Shown here piece by piece: positions 25,918 to 39,919 of a stretch of DNA of 64,000 nt; position 1 is the first letter of the stretch; every line of letters begins with the position of its first letter. The notes under the pieces were generated by a model. It was not told where the DNA came from, ran no database searches, and was given only the letters and a program-made list of their open reading frames with translations. Origin of the DNA: Marsupella aquatica (taxonomy: Eukaryota; Plantae; Marchantiophyta); NCBI GenBank assembly GCA_973895155.1, contig OZ316894.1:19196805-19260804 (forward strand). Direction: 5' to 3'. A program made the translations under genes and the position numbers.

Positions 25918-28589
25918 TTTATTTCCCCTTGAGGATCCTCAGTTTGGTTTTCCAATTTTCTTTTCCTTTTGCGAGTGTATTGCAGCCGGCGTTTGCCTCC
26001 TCCTGTCTCTCGGCTCTTGAGTGCTTCTCGTTTATTGGCCATGGCTAAGTCTTCACCGGGTGTTCGGCCAATTGCTATTGGGGAGATTTTTCTTCGACTT
26101 GTGTCTCGCACACTTTCCTCGCAGTTTCGCTCAGCACTATCGGATCATCTCTCTCCACATCAGTTTGCAGTGGGCGTTCCTGGCGGTTGTGAGACAGTTA
26201 TTGTGGGTATTCGAGCTACCTTGGACCTCCACCCTGATTGGGTTGTCCTCCAGGTTGATGTCTCTAATGCTTTTAATATGGTTTCTCGGGCAGCCATTTT
26301 TCGTGCTTTGAGGGCGGCGGATCCAGACATCCAGTCCCTGATCCCCTTTGTCCGTTGTTTTTATGGACTCGAGGCCCCACTCTTCTATAGTCATCACTCC
26401 TCTACAGGTGTGTATACCACTCTTTCCTCTACAGAAGGTACACGTCAGGGTGACCCTTTGTGTGGGCCTCTTTTTGCCATTGCCCATTTTACAGCTTTAC
26501 GGGAAGCCGCCATGGCCTACCCCCAGTGTATCTTCCCCTCCCTTTCTGATGACACCCACATCATTGGTCCTCCTGCCGCGGTTACTTCTGCCCTTGCCAC
26601 TCTTTCCACCCATTTGATGGGCCTTGGTTTACGAGTTCAGCTTGTGAAGAGTCGTGCATGGAGTCCAGTTGGGTTACCCTCTGATCTTGCACTTCCCCAG
26701 GGTTCTTACGTCCAGCCGATGGTCTTCGGGTCCTTGGCTCCCCAGTCGGTACCGCCTCCTTTTGCTCATCTTTCATCGCTGACTCTCTACAGGCTGCCTT
26801 AGCCCCTACTCCTATGCTCCCTAAGTTAGCAGATTCTCAGGCAACATTTGGGATGTTGTTGAGGTGCATCCACCCTCGTGCGTCTTATCTGGCTAGGACG
26901 CACCCCCCTACCGAGGATCTTTGTCTCCACCTTCGAGCATTTGATGTCTCCATTCATCAGACTCTGGCCTCTCTTTCAGGGCCGGGTACATTGCTCTCAT
27001 CTCCGTGGCTTCATCGACAACTCGGTCTTCCAACAGTCGTCGAGTCGCGGGCCCAGGTTAACCGGGGCCTGAACTAACTCTCCGTTGCTTGAGCCGCATG
27101 CGGGGAAACTCGCACGTGCGGTTCTTAGGGGGGGGAAGCTTGAAAGAGCCTACCTATCTCAATTTCATGTCATTATAGGTACTATTCCTATTTTGCAGGG
27201 TGGTTTTGGGCTTACTTCCATTGAGAGCCTTGCACCTTTGGCCTTTTTGGGTGCGTGGGCGGCCGCCTTCTCATTGTTGGCCGATCATTTTCTTATTGAG
27301 GATCGCCCTTTTTTACTTTCATCTCTAATGGAGATAGAGGAGGGTTCCCTCCCGTTTCAGGTTCATTTGCGCGCAGCGCGGTCATCCTTACCAGATCCCG
27401 TTTGCGCCGCGTTACCTTCTTTTCAGGAGTTTTTATCCTTGGATCCCGTTCGTCTTCAGGCAGACCTCGCTGGGCGTATGCACGCTTTCACCCTTTCCAG
27501 CATCCTCTCCGAGGCACCTGACACGGACCAAGCTCGGATTCTTTCTTCCGGAGGGAAGGGCGCAGGAGGATGGCTTCAAGCCAATCCAGTCATTCTTCAT
27601 TTGCGGATGTCTTCAACGGAGTTCTCCACAACCATGCGTCTTCGTATGGAGCTGCCCCACCCACTTCTTGCAAGTTTACCTCCTTCTTGCACTTGTGGGA
27701 AGCCTTGTGATGCCACAGGTGTCCATCTTCTTTGATGCAATTTGGGAGGTGAAACCATTATTGTTCACGTCGCTGTGCGCGATGCGACTGCTCAGGTTCT
27801 CTCTGGCTCTTTGGTATGCGTGCGGCGGGAGGTGGTACTCGAGTTACCTGGTCCTCCATCACAGCGGTTACGGGTGGATCTTACCATGGTCCGTGAGGGT
27901 CAACGTACTTTGGCAGATGTAGTGGTGGCCAACCCATTGCGCCAAGACATCATCGGGACAGCGGCAACTACGGCAGGGGCAGCAGCGTCACGTGCGGCAA
28001 CAACGAAGGAGGCCAAATATGCTGCACGAGCTTCATCCGACAGCTTCCTCCCCCTTGCTCTGGAGCTATTTGGGCATCTTCATCCTCAATTTGATGGGCT
28101 TCTTCGGCAAGCTGCCCGGGATGTTCATGGCCGAATGGGTCCCTCCGGACCCCCGCTTTCTGTTTTGACCACGCACTTTCACCAACGCATTTCAGTCATC
28201 TTACAGCGTGCTCAAGCTCGGGCCATCTATCGTCGATCTCTTACAGTGGGTGCTAGTGTGCCTCCGCAGCGGCTAGCTCCCCTAGAGGATGTTCCAATCC
28301 CCCTTGCCGATCTAGTTTTGACCCTTGATGTGGACCATTAGCTTTTTGCCACATTCGCTAGGAATGATGAGGACCTCGGTTCGCTTGGGTTAGTTTTAGT
28401 CTCTCTTTCTTGGTTTTTAGGGGTTCCCTATTGCTCATTTCTTACTTTTAGTTCCTCTTTCTTGGTGTTTAGTGGTTCCCTTTTGCTCACTTCTTTTTCG
28501 TTTGGTTTTGTCCACTTGGACCCTCTTTTGTTTGTTCTTTTGTACTCTGTTTGGTCCCTTTGTATATAAAAAGTGTGTATATTCTTAAA
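25918..28589 (+). mobile_element. CRE-like non-LTR retrotransposon (RT plus CCHC finger plus restriction-like endonuclease), copy 1, 5'-truncated and disrupted
   Basis: RPIAIGE, QFAVG, QVDVSNAFN, GTRQGDPL, SLSDD, CTCG...HLLxC, RVDL...LADV...KEAKY and FLPLALE motifs; TSD ATCTGGGGA at 25909-25917 and 28590-28598. Confidence 0.9.
27032..27184 (+). other. cox3: NUMT: 3' end of a mitochondrial group II intron (domains V-VI) plus start of a cox3 exon
   Basis: Domain V GAGCCGCATGCGGGGAAACTCGCACGTGCGGTTC (27091-27124); domain VI with bulged A at 27156 and terminal AAT (27163); then (T)TT CAT GTC ATT ATA GGT ACT ATT = FHVIIGTI of Cox3; absent from CRE copies 2 and 3. Confidence 0.88.
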
Positions 28590-29783
28590 ATCTGGGGACG
28601 ATTGATTAAAGTTGGAGCAACCCTAATTCTCTAGCAAGGATGATATTCTAAAATGCAAGCCCAAGGGTAAGTGGGTTTTTTTAGTACATGAGCATGGTGG
28701 GATACTCATCATTAGATCTTGGAGAATCCAGAATAAATCCTGTATTCAGTACATGCGCTATATTGCAGCTCATATACAGATGTCTTCTGTCAACGCGCTA
28801 TACTATAGCTCAAATATAGATCCACCAGTAACCAAAAAATGTAGTAAGCTCACAAGTGAATAGCAATAATAGTAACCCATTGGGGTTGCATTTTTTGTTT
28901 AACCTTACTGGGTTTGGTCAACATGGCCTTACAATTGACCATTTGAGATGCCGTAATGGGATGTGATCCCAGAAGTCTAGGGAGTTACAGACCAATATCC
29001 CAAAGTGGGGATGAGTTACCAAGCGTGAAGTCCAAGTGCATTTTCTTAGCATTCAGTTTAATCATTTTTACATTGCAAAAGTTTCAACTGTCTGCTCATC
29101 TGTAATTGTTTGCCATATCTGCCCTAACTTATTTCTCTAGGCCTCATCTAGGGGTTCCATGGCCTCATAAACATGTGTAGACATACAAAATAAATAAATT
29201 CGCAAGGGGTTTACATGTAGGGTAACCCATCCCAAAGACAGGGTAATTGTATATAATTCGCAAGGGTGGTGAGCCCAAGGGGGTTACACCCTATTAGCCC
29301 CAAATGTATTTTTGAACAATCATGATTCACTTTTTACATTGTGAAACTGTAGTCCGCTGGTTGTCACCTGCCCCTTACCTTTCTTCTCCTTCAAACAATC
29401 CCCAGGACAGGCAGGCACATGTGTTCCGTGGCTCCTGTAGGGTAATGCTTCATAACCTTTCTGTAGAAATACAGAGAACAATTGACACAAGGGGTTTACG
29501 GTAGCCACTCCTGCCCATTCAACAAGAGGCCGGAAAACATTCACAAACAAATGATGCATGTTGAATTGACAACATTATTTGCTTTGACCTTCTCCAGCCA
29601 TATGATCTATAAACCCAGAGTTTAGGGCGAACTTACATGTTGCAAGCTCAGAAGAATTTTGCCCATCGCACTTGCAATACTTTTGGCAAAACACAGATTT
29701 GCATTGACAACACATCTACATGTGATGTGTGCAAGTGTGTCCTGTTTTCTTGTGTCACCCCCTGCATATTATACAAGGGAAAA

Positions 29784-30027
29784 TGTTGTTTTAACTTAAG
29801 TTTAGCGCCTGGTTAGGTTAACTAGGGTGCAAGGAAACCACCGCGAAAGGTTGTTGAGGGCTAGGTTAGACTAGTGAAGAGAGACTACACCCTTGTGAGA
29901 CCCTTGTTGTTAGTACTTAAATTTAGCGCCCGGTTAGGTTAACTAGGGTGCAAGTAAACCACCCCTAAAGGTTGTTGAGGGCTAGGTTAGACTAGTGAAG
30001 AGAGACTACACCCTTGTGAGACCCTTG
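29784..30027. repeat. Tandem duplication, 2 x about 121 bp
   Basis: ...tttagcgcc(t/c)ggttaggttaactagggtgcaag...ctacacccttgtgagacccttgt repeated head to tail. Confidence 0.9.
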
Positions 30028-33000
30028 TGAGAGCATTTCGATGTACTCATACTTAGATATCTAGGTGAGGAGTGAAGAGACTGGGAGGAGAGGATTGTCA
30101 TTGCTAGGCTATGGCAGATGTGCAAAAATTGTGCATTGTGACTCCGTGGTCATACCTCAGATCGGATGAACCACATATCTATATGTACTTGTCAATTTCT
30201 AGTTTTACCCTGGTTTCATGTGGCGTTGTGTTGTGCGATGTTGTCTCATCAATTCATATCTGAGTTTGATTGTGAACAACATACATAGGGGAAATTTCTT
30301 GTAATCAGTTACTTTTTTGTCTGCATGCAATGGAAGTGGAAATGTTTAGAATGGATGTGTTAACTGATGTAGTGTGCTCTGGATTGCAAATCAGCAAATT
30401 TCATCGACACAGTGCTCACACTACATCAAGAAGTGTGGGATGTAACATTCGAGGGTTTTCTGAAGGTTTTTAATCGTGCATTTTCAACTACTCAGAAATT
30501 GGGATGATTACGGCTCAATTTGCATTTTCTTTGATTCTTTTGTGAAGCGCAATTGCTGTTAAGTGGCGTGATGTGTGTTTTCTCCACAGCATCGGAGGCG
30601 GCAGGGTGCTAGAAGGCAGGGAGAGTTGTTTTTTGACATGAAATTGACAATTCGGCAGGGGCTCAATTTTCTTTAGAAAGCCAATAACGCTTCACTCCTT
30701 CGGGTACAGACTGAGTGAAATAGCCAGACATCAATTCAATATGGACTTGCACATGGACTCACTTGTTTAGCTCAAATTCACCAATTGAGTTTGGTTGACG
30801 TCTGCAGCACAAAATGGTGCTTGTCCAGACTGAGCGCAAAACACAGAGGAGTCTAGAGCTCTGATGCTTGCTGGGCAAATTTGAAGCTGAATGGCCAAGC
30901 AAACGTGTTCATCCTCTCAGCATGTTTTGTAAGGTCAAAACATCTTCAATCACTTTCACACAAAGAGCATTTTGGGATCTGGGGCGTGCAAAGGTTTGGA
31001 TGGAGATTCAAGCTTATGCTCCTGATTGTAGTGTAATACTACAAGCAGTGGGGGCTCTTGGATGCTTGGGCTCCTATCCTAACAGATGCATTTCTGTCAA
31101 CACTCTGACTAAAAACTTATCCAGCATTCAAGTTATTCTACTCCCGATTCTACTTAAAATGTTTGTTTCCATATATCCCAAGCAAGCTTAGAAATCCTAT
31201 GAAGATCAAACTACTAGCTTTACTGAAAAGCAAAGTAAACGAAAGCAAGCATATAGGTGGGGCCTCAACGTTTGCTGACAGTAAAATAAGAGAAATCAAA
31301 AAAGGTACAACTGGGGATCTCGCAAACGAAAGTATCTCCAGTCCCCACATTTGTGAACAGGGAGAAGAATAGTTGGCAAGCTCACATCTAAAGAAACCTC
31401 CATGATGTGAGCTTGGCAATTATGTTGTCAGCCATTCTGACATCATCAAAGAAGAAAGAGAAAAGCTGAGAAGAAAAAGGAATGCCCCATTTATGGTAGC
31501 TAACGAGGGCACGAGCACATTGTGTGGATATTGTAGCAACACGAAGAGACGCCAAAGTACTGGGCAAGAATCGTCAAGGACTAATAGTACCAGTAGGCTC
31601 CACCGTAGCAATATGCCTCGACGAGTCTGTTGTTGCTTGTAGTCGGACTTCTCTCGTTCATCGTTCAATTTGTGCTATCTTGTAACAGCGCATAGTGCAG
31701 ACTGATTAATTACTCAGGGTGGCTTTACAAAGGAGGCACTATTGACTTTTTCGCCAAAGCATACTGGAAGGCTACTGCTTGTTCTGAAGAGACTCCAGGC
31801 CAAAATCCTTGTGAGACGAAGTTCAATAAATGCAAATGGCCTGAATAGGAGAATTTTTTAATATAACATCTCGACTAAATCTAAAATTCTAAGAAAAACA
31901 AGCACTCCATATCAGTATTTCTCTGGATCCACTATATCATGTAGGATAGGTACACACCTGAACGGCTCTCTGGTAAAGCCAATTGCAGCCGGGCAGTCTC
32001 ATGGTAGTCTTTGTTATCTTCGGATGGGACACTCACAAGATTTGTGCAGCACTGCCTGAGCCAAGCCCGCACACTCATGTCATGTCATGAGGGCGAACTC
32101 CCCCACGACAGCCTTGCTATTATGGGACCAAGAAAGAAGAATTTGAAAGCATCTGCACCATTCTAACTCACCTGCCAGTCACATCAGGGGCACTGGCCCT
32201 ATCGTGCTGAAGATCAAAACCAGGTCTATATTTGAGACTCCCTATTATAGGGTCCACATTTAATGTCACAAGAATTATTTTTTAAAAGCGCTGCCAATAA
32301 GTCTGTAGAGACACTCTGATCAACAGATGTCCAGCTGAGCAGCCTCGGAAAACAATCTTGCTGCACAGATCTCCAACCGTGTCAGCTTTTCGCTAGACCG
32401 ACGCTATGCACATCTGGTAGTCCATTGAGGAGACGCCGTGCAGACGCACGTCGTACGAAAGACGGGATGAGAGACACGACAGACAACACAAAAGTTCGAA
32501 GGAAGAGACAACAGCTCCCGGGCTCGCGTGTGCACATGTTGCCATGTGCCTGATTTGTTTTATCCTTACCCGTACTTTCGATTAGTTTTCCGAAGATTGT
32601 GGATCCCACACGCTCGTTGACCCTACCTCAACCTTGGCTGCCACGAATCTAACCAGCTTTGAAGTACAACTTACTACTGACGGGGCCAACTAGGCATGAA
32701 AATTCCGGCCTCGTTTTGCACGCAATATACTGCATTTACGAGATAAAGCCAGCTAGAGACGTGCAATCATTTGAGGGACTGGTCTCTCGATCAGCCCACA
32801 ACGAATAGATCCATCGTGATCCCGGAAATCTTCCTCCTGTACTGTACATTCTTTTTGTGCAAAACTAGGCTGCCTCAACCTTTACCGCCCTCCTAGCTGA
32901 GTCATCAAATTGCCCACTCTGCCCGTTACTGTCTACAAAAGTAACAAAACCAACGCCCCACTTGCCACAGATATGGAGGCCCGTATGGAGGTCTACAGGC

Positions 33001-35275
33001 CGGGTCCATGTTCATCGTGGACAAAGCGAAAAGAGTACGGTATGGAGATGACAAACCCATAGAGTCGAAAAGTAAGGCTCAAGCGCACTGTAACCGAGCT
33101 ACGCAACCGGAATCAGAATCGAGGACCATACAGAACAACGCGATTTAACTTCAGTTCTATTTGATTCCGCCTCTCAAGAAAGAAACACGCGATAAACTGC
33201 AACGAACTCTAACTCTGGCTACGTTAGCCGTGCAGATCAATCTTCCTAGTTTTATATGCTACATAGCTACTGTAGGTTCTCACTGATTACCCTTGGCAGA
33301 GGGACCTGGGTATATCTAATTTTACGCTGGAAGATTGACCCAATATGTTAAATGATCCCTGAAAAATCAATCAGGCCAATGGGCTCTGAAATCTCAATCA
33401 AGAAGGTCTTGAAATGAACGCTCTTCAAAACTGTCGTATGAAGGAAAGTTGAGTTGAATCCTAAATGCAAATCAGCGTGATTACAGTTTCGGCAAACCTC
33501 AAGCAATATGCTGGACAGTTTAAACTCATCCGATGAAGGACGATAAAGAACCTTAGGTCCCTAGCTGGGATTATCACTTCGGCAACGTACAGCCAGGGAT
33601 ATCGTTTCCTTGTTGAATGAAGTCATGCCCGTATCAAGACCACAATGGATGGATGGATCCTGATTTCATACAAACCATAAGCTGGGATGGAAAGTCAACC
33701 GGGTGATTACTATGGCGGCCGGATATTTCAATAATTAATCCCCTGCTACCTGATGGGAATCTGTCAAAATCCATCTCTCCCCTGACATTGAACTTTTACG
33801 CCGACTAAAGCGGGCCAATCAAATCGGACGGTGATCTCCAGACAGCTGCAAGTTTCATCTTTTTCTACAGTACAGGTGCAGCTGGACTTCCATATTAAAA
33901 AACATAACCACAGATCAGTAGAGTCAGGAATGAGTCTGGACATGCAAGCATATGACCCTTGAAATTCAATCATTTCAATCATCAGCACGCAATTATATGA
34001 GAAACTTACCGAGTGTTCTGGAGGCTCGACCCGGAATCAAACGTCTACTATTCAAGACAGTGAGTGGAGGCAGCAATGCAATTGTATACGCCTCGAGCCC
34101 GGACGTTCTGTGGAGAGCTTGCAAAACGGCTTGAACGGGATATATACCTTAGAGACTAGATCAGGTATGACATATACACATAGTTGTGCTGACTTCAGTG
34201 TAGCTCAATTAATTCACCGAAGGAATTATTGGCAAGTAAATGTCCAGTCTACTCTCGAAATCATCGTCAAGCGTAACAAGTCGAAAAGTCTACTACTTAA
34301 AAAATGGACTAAGAATCTGATCAAATTCTATCTTTGTAGATCTCGCCCGAGTGTTTACTCATGTACATCATGATATACAACCCTGAATGTTTACACACGT
34401 ACACAAATATCCTGCAAGTTCCTGAAGCTTACAGAAATAGTCCCATTCGATCGTACGTGATGCCCTACATTCTTCCCATGTGTCCAAGTAATCCCTTATT
34501 GTCGCTGACTCATGCAATCGCTTGAGTACCAAGAAATTCACCTCGACCCAAAATCGTCCATTGTTGTTTATGATACTGCTTAGATACGGGCCCGCATATG
34601 TGAGATCAGCACGCCTGCATGAAGTAGATTAGTCTTCAGGTGCACACCAATGCTTAGTCTGGACTATCCATGAATCCGAAGATAAAACTTACAAAACCAC
34701 ACATGCTTGGAATGTGTATCGCAATACTAGTCCTCTCGATCAGTCTTTATTAGAGTTGATGTGTCACAGGACCACTGTCAATCTACACAACTCTATACAA
34801 TGTCCACTGTGGCAGCATGAAGTTTTGCTATAATCATAGCCTATTCCTCAAGGCCAAAAATTTCATCCTGTGATCTAACTTCTGAACGTTCACCCCCTGG
34901 ATCCTGGGCAGCTAATTTAACAAGACCAAGAACCATGTGCTCGACTTGTCAAGGAATTAATAGTACAAGTTCAGACTCCAAATTTGCAAAGTTCTATGTT
35001 ACAGTCCCACCACGCGTCGGACTGCCCTTCCGTAGCGGCAGCAAGGCCGTCAAGCATGGCGCCACCTTCAATTCTAAGATATTTTTCTGATGAAATCCCA
35101 GGAGTTAATCACTAGCGTCAGCTGTAACTTGTCTTTTAGTATATTTGATCTTTCTCGAGATTGGTATACTAACAAGTGACACTCCTATGTTCGAGATGAC
35201 TAGCTATTGAAGCTTGTACAAGTAAGGCCCGGGATCGAGCAAGTCGTTTCACGTTTTATCCCTTACAGGGCTAAA

Positions 35276-38094
35276 TTAGGCTTGAACTTCACCGTGTTGT
35301 ACAGGTAGATCATGTTGACCTTTCAATTTCGATTCAGCTTCACGAGTTTGAGACGGTTTTTCTGATACACCGAACTCCGATTGCCGGACTGGGCTAGAGC
35401 TGCTCGAACTGGCTCCCTCAGTACCAGTTCTTTCCAACAGCCACTGGATTATATCGCTGAACACCATGTCAACGTCCTGATCTTTCTCCCCTGTCGTCAG
35501 CCCGTGCCACAAGCCTTTGTAAAGCTTCATCGTTTTGTCGAAGCTCTTGGATTGATCGAATAGGGCTTTGCTCACCTCAGGATCCGTTACGGTGTCGTCC
35601 TCACCGTGAAGTAGAAGGTATGGCAATGTCACCTGTTTGTCCACAATTGATGTGCCAATCGCCACGAAATAATTCTCCGTCAAAATCACACAGATGTTTC
35701 TTCAACCGAAAATCAGATCTGAGCCAGAAAACGGAAATAAAGAATAATGCTCATTCGTAATTACCTCGTCTAGCCGTCCTTCCAAGTCCAAAGAGGTTTC
35801 ATACATCTCGAACGCTGTCCTGATCCTTGGTTTCCCGCGGTACAGAAGTTTGTTCGACTTGATCTGTCAACAGATAAGGTGACAGCGATAATTAATTCAC
35901 AGCAAACCCAGACCCACCGTCGACAGCCACCGCCCTTCGTAAGATGAAGGTTATATTGTAACTGAAATCGTAAGTTGGAGAGGTGGCCACAAGCTTTGGT
36001 AACAAGTAATACCTTCCTCCTCTTCTCCGGGAGCCTGAATGCTAACTCGAAAACGTCACCCGTAGGTACAACTTTCCAGGCAGGAAATATTTGGTTCAAT
36101 TTTGATAGTGCGGCGATCATGAAAGGCGAAGGCCGCATCTTCTCGGCAATCTGCAAAGAGTTCAAGACTGCCAAAGATTAACACGTCATTCCACCCAAGT
36201 TGACCGAATGATCTATAAGACATATCTGTCATCAAGAATCGGGGGATTGTGCGGACGGTTTCAACTAAAACACTGTCAGATCACGAAACTGCTGAGTCAA
36301 CTGCTGAGTTCACGCTACCTTAGCCATCGGTGCAACTAGGACCATCCCTTTGTACCGAGAAGAGTCCTTGCGACACAGCAACAAAGCCACCGCTCCTCCC
36401 ATCGACTCTCCGTAGAGAAAGCTTTCCTTCCCCAAAAATTCTTTCCGATCTGCGAAATTTACAAGCAATCCAGTCAGATGAGCGTTGTCGTCACAACTAC
36501 GGTTCTATCACCGTATACCAAACCTGTAATTACGCACGCGCTGCAACAATCAAGGGGGTTCGGCTAAAACCATCCTCAGATCCCAGTTGCACCAGGAAAA
36601 CTCCGTGGCTCATTTGAGAGTACACTGGTGGTACTCCAAGAAAATGGCTTTACTCTGCGAAACCTACCTTGAACACTGCAGAAATGAGCGGATACATCCG
36701 TGATGATGTTGGAAAACTTCGATATGTAGCATCGTTTCCCGTCAGACTTTCCATGCCCCTCATAATCAATTCCAAACACCGCGAATCCAGCTCTCGCAAG
36801 CCTTTCCGCCGTATCTGCAGAAACCATGCATGAGCAGACATCGGTTCAGTGATGAGTCACAGACATGTCGTGCAATTTATGACGAGCCTGCCCAGCCTCG
36901 CAAATACCATCCATTTCATGGTCTAACAAAGCAGTACATCTCATTTGGCAGAATTCCAACCATCCACAAACGCTCATGCACCCGCACGTGAAGTACCTTT
37001 CATGAAGATGCTGCATTCCATGCCATAACCTGCACGAACCCAAAAGATACATCCCAATTAGACCATGTCCAACATCAAGCACAAGCAACGCCCCCATCAG
37101 AGCTGACCTGTGCAAGAACTCCAAGAGTCTGAGTCTCCTCATCCAGCTTCATGACTTGAGCAGACGTTCTAGCTAAAAGTGTAGACCGTACTTGTACGAA
37201 CTAATGATCTCCGTGACAGTGAGAATCTGGATCGAGTGGGGAAATACAAGCTGGAAGGAAACTGTGATCGCCTGAAGGCAGAAATTCTAAGCAAGTTGTC
37301 ATTCAATATTCATTTCCATAGTGTGGATCCAAATAGTAGGTAAACGCAGTGTGCGAGAATGTTCAGTCTCTACAGAAGACTGGGGATGACTGCGGCAAGG
37401 AATTAGGCAGATCGTCAGAGGATATAAATGTTTCTTTGGTTATCGATCAAAACTCCGTTCCTGACAACTTGCCAGATGTAGACCCCCATTCCTGTCCAGT
37501 TCACTGCCAAGCTGACAGGTTTCTTCCATAAGGGAACTCCTGTGAGCCCACAACCTTCCATATGTGCGGCGGCTGATCTTGACACGCTTACTCGGGAGCT
37601 CCACGATCTGACATCATGCAGAACAGTAGACGTGCACTACCGTAACTTCAAGCAGATCAACCCATCTATTCATCCGTTTTACTCGAGATACATGGACAGA
37701 TTTGGCGATCTTTGCTGTTCAAATTGAAACGACACACCCATCTTCCATGCATACAGTCTGCGAGCCGGCTCACCGTGGCACAAAAAAACCAGTCCCCTTG
37801 GTTCTTTCCCAGCTGGAATCCATTGGCACGTGAACAGCTTCGCTCCCCTGCCGTTGACAATATATGCCTAGAAATCCCACACGCAACAAAGAGGTGACGG
37901 TGAGCAAAATTTTGGAGGCAAAGCGACGCGGTTAGATTCCCAAACAATATGACCGTCACCGTACCGCAAATTGACGTAAGGAAAATTGAGCAAGATACAA
38001 GCGACCCCAATACCTCGGCATAATCTACTCCTGGAGACTCCGCTCGTGGTGGTTGCTCCGGAAGAGGTTCATCAGATTGTGCAACCTTAGTCAT
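35276..38094 (-). CDS. Monoacylglycerol lipase / caffeoyl-shikimate-esterase-like alpha/beta hydrolase (Hydrolase_4), about 359 aa, 8 exons: 38094-38014, 37867-37774, 37029-36997, 36814-36668, 36449-36319, 36150-36013, 35863-35765, 35632-35276
   Basis: GT-AG introns give a 1080-nt frame; LVFLCHGYG, GIDYEGHGKSDG, nucleophile GESMGG, LLLHGEDD, LWHGL catalytic His. Start codon is inferred. Confidence 0.9.
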
Positions 38095-39063
38095 GTTTCG
38101 CAAATCTGGGAGCGCTATGGTCGACACTAGTGACAGGAGGGTGCTGCAGATTCACGATTTCCGTGGCTGCAGCAGGCTGTCTTCCTCGTTGTTCGCTTGC
38201 GTCCGACCACTTTGTATCGATATCGAAATCCCACGACTGATGTTCCAATTGTTGCGGATCTCTATCCACCTGAGTGAGTCGCTTCTGAGTTCTACACCCC
38301 AGCACGAATCTGTAGCGATGGATCCAAAGCTAACACCCGATTCCGCTTCAATCTCATCTTGAGCGGTCGGCAGCGTGAAGACCCTGCGTCCACGCAAGGT
38401 TCCGCCACCCTACAGTCCAAGAAGAGCTCTAAACTCTGAACAGTATACCGAGTGCGGTCACGGATAGCTCCAATGTGGATTTCTATATAATTATCTGATC
38501 TAATAAGCTTTGCAAGACTTCACCATCGCTTTACTACTGACGAGGTCCTGATGCGAGCGGGCCTCACTAGTCTGAGTCCGAATTCCTCAACCGCCTAAAT
38601 CTCAAGTAATTGGACAGCTGCACCCTTCTTCCGGCGCTAAAATCGTCTCGCCAGGCCTCTCGTGGGCTACTAGGCAGGCAGCAGCTAGCCAGCTAGATCC
38701 AGACAATAGCTAAACGCTAGGTCAATTGAAATTTCTCGAGGAATCCAACAGTGTACATTCGGTCAGCCCGTGGAGTACTGCAGTTCCACGTTTCTTGGAA
38801 TCTTCTAAAACCACACAACCATAGCCTCGTAATCCCAACTTCTCCGCGCCTCCAGTGCTTCTGTAGACATCCCTTGACTTACTATTGAAAGCCACTGTCT
38901 AGAAGAAACCCTTTGCCACTAGAGCACGCACTGAGTGAGATTCGTTGAGAAAAGTACTGTAAGTTACAGATTGGCTGGGTCAAACCGCCTCTTCATAAGT
39001 GTAAAAACGACCAAGGAGCACGCTGACAGTTTCTAAGGTTTCTAGACAGGACTACAGGATTGT

Positions 39064-39175
39064 CTTTTCTTAAATCACAAGTTCCCCGGTTTGGCCTTGA
39101 CTTTTCTTAAATCACAAGTTCCCCGGTTTGGCCTTGACTTTTCTTAAATCACAAGTTCCCCGGTTTGGCCTTGAC
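39064..39175. repeat. Perfect tandem triplication of a 37-bp unit
   Basis: CTTTTCTTAAATCACAAGTTCCCCGGTTTGGCCTTGA x3, no spacers. Confidence 0.97.
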
Positions 39176-39919
39176 AGGCAAATGAGGGGTCTGGAGCCCG
39201 TCATCCATCACCCCCGGTAGTCCCAACTGCCCGGTTCCCACCCCACTCCAACCCCTTCCCGGTCCGACCCCGCCCGGTCCCTAACCCCATCCCGACCCCG
39301 TCCAGACCTGACCCAAGTGAACCCCGACCCAAACCCTAATCCCTGACCCCGGCCCTGATCAACCAGAACCTGCCCCGACCCTGAACTGGGTGACCAGCTC
39401 GCTAAACTGGGGAAGTCCAGGGGAGCCCAGGACCAGTCGGGGAAGGGGTTCCAGAGAATTCAGGACCGGCCAGAGAATAAAGAGAAATATACATCATTTG
39501 GCCCCTTTTGGAGCCATAATGTGACGAGTTTATGTGTCGAGCAACACGTAAACTTGCCCATCAGCCCAAACCTGGACAAGGTCTCTTGTCAAAGAACTCC
39601 TCCAACTCATTTTGTATACTATGAATAAATCCACAGCCACTTCATATATTTGTGATTCATAGGGTATCAATGTCACCTGGTAGGGGGCTGGGAGCTCAAA
39701 AGCCATATATCTGGGTTATACTTATGATTGGGTTTCTCAACTTTTATTTGATGGAACTCACACTTACGTACACACAAAATTATGAACTACAAAATGCAGG
39801 TCCAAAACTTTGTCTCACAAGGATTGGTTGTTTTCCATTACCCTTAGTCACTCTAGAGGCTAATGAAAGAGAAAACAAAAAAGAAACTTTTCCAGAACCT
39901 TGTGAAAGAGTTATGACTA

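Noticed and set aside
31100-32620. Possible spliced non-coding transcript (CAG|GTGAGT donor near 32170, minus strand)
   Set aside because: Only generic signals; the ORFs are short and unrecognisable.
38537-38580. CTGACGAG plus stem as a hammerhead ribozyme; similar TGATGAGGACCTCGGTCC in the CRE 3' UTRs
   Set aside because: No GAAA core follows stem II.
39064-39175. 37-bp repeats as a CRISPR array
   Set aside because: The units are contiguous with no spacers, the context is eukaryotic, and there are no cas genes.
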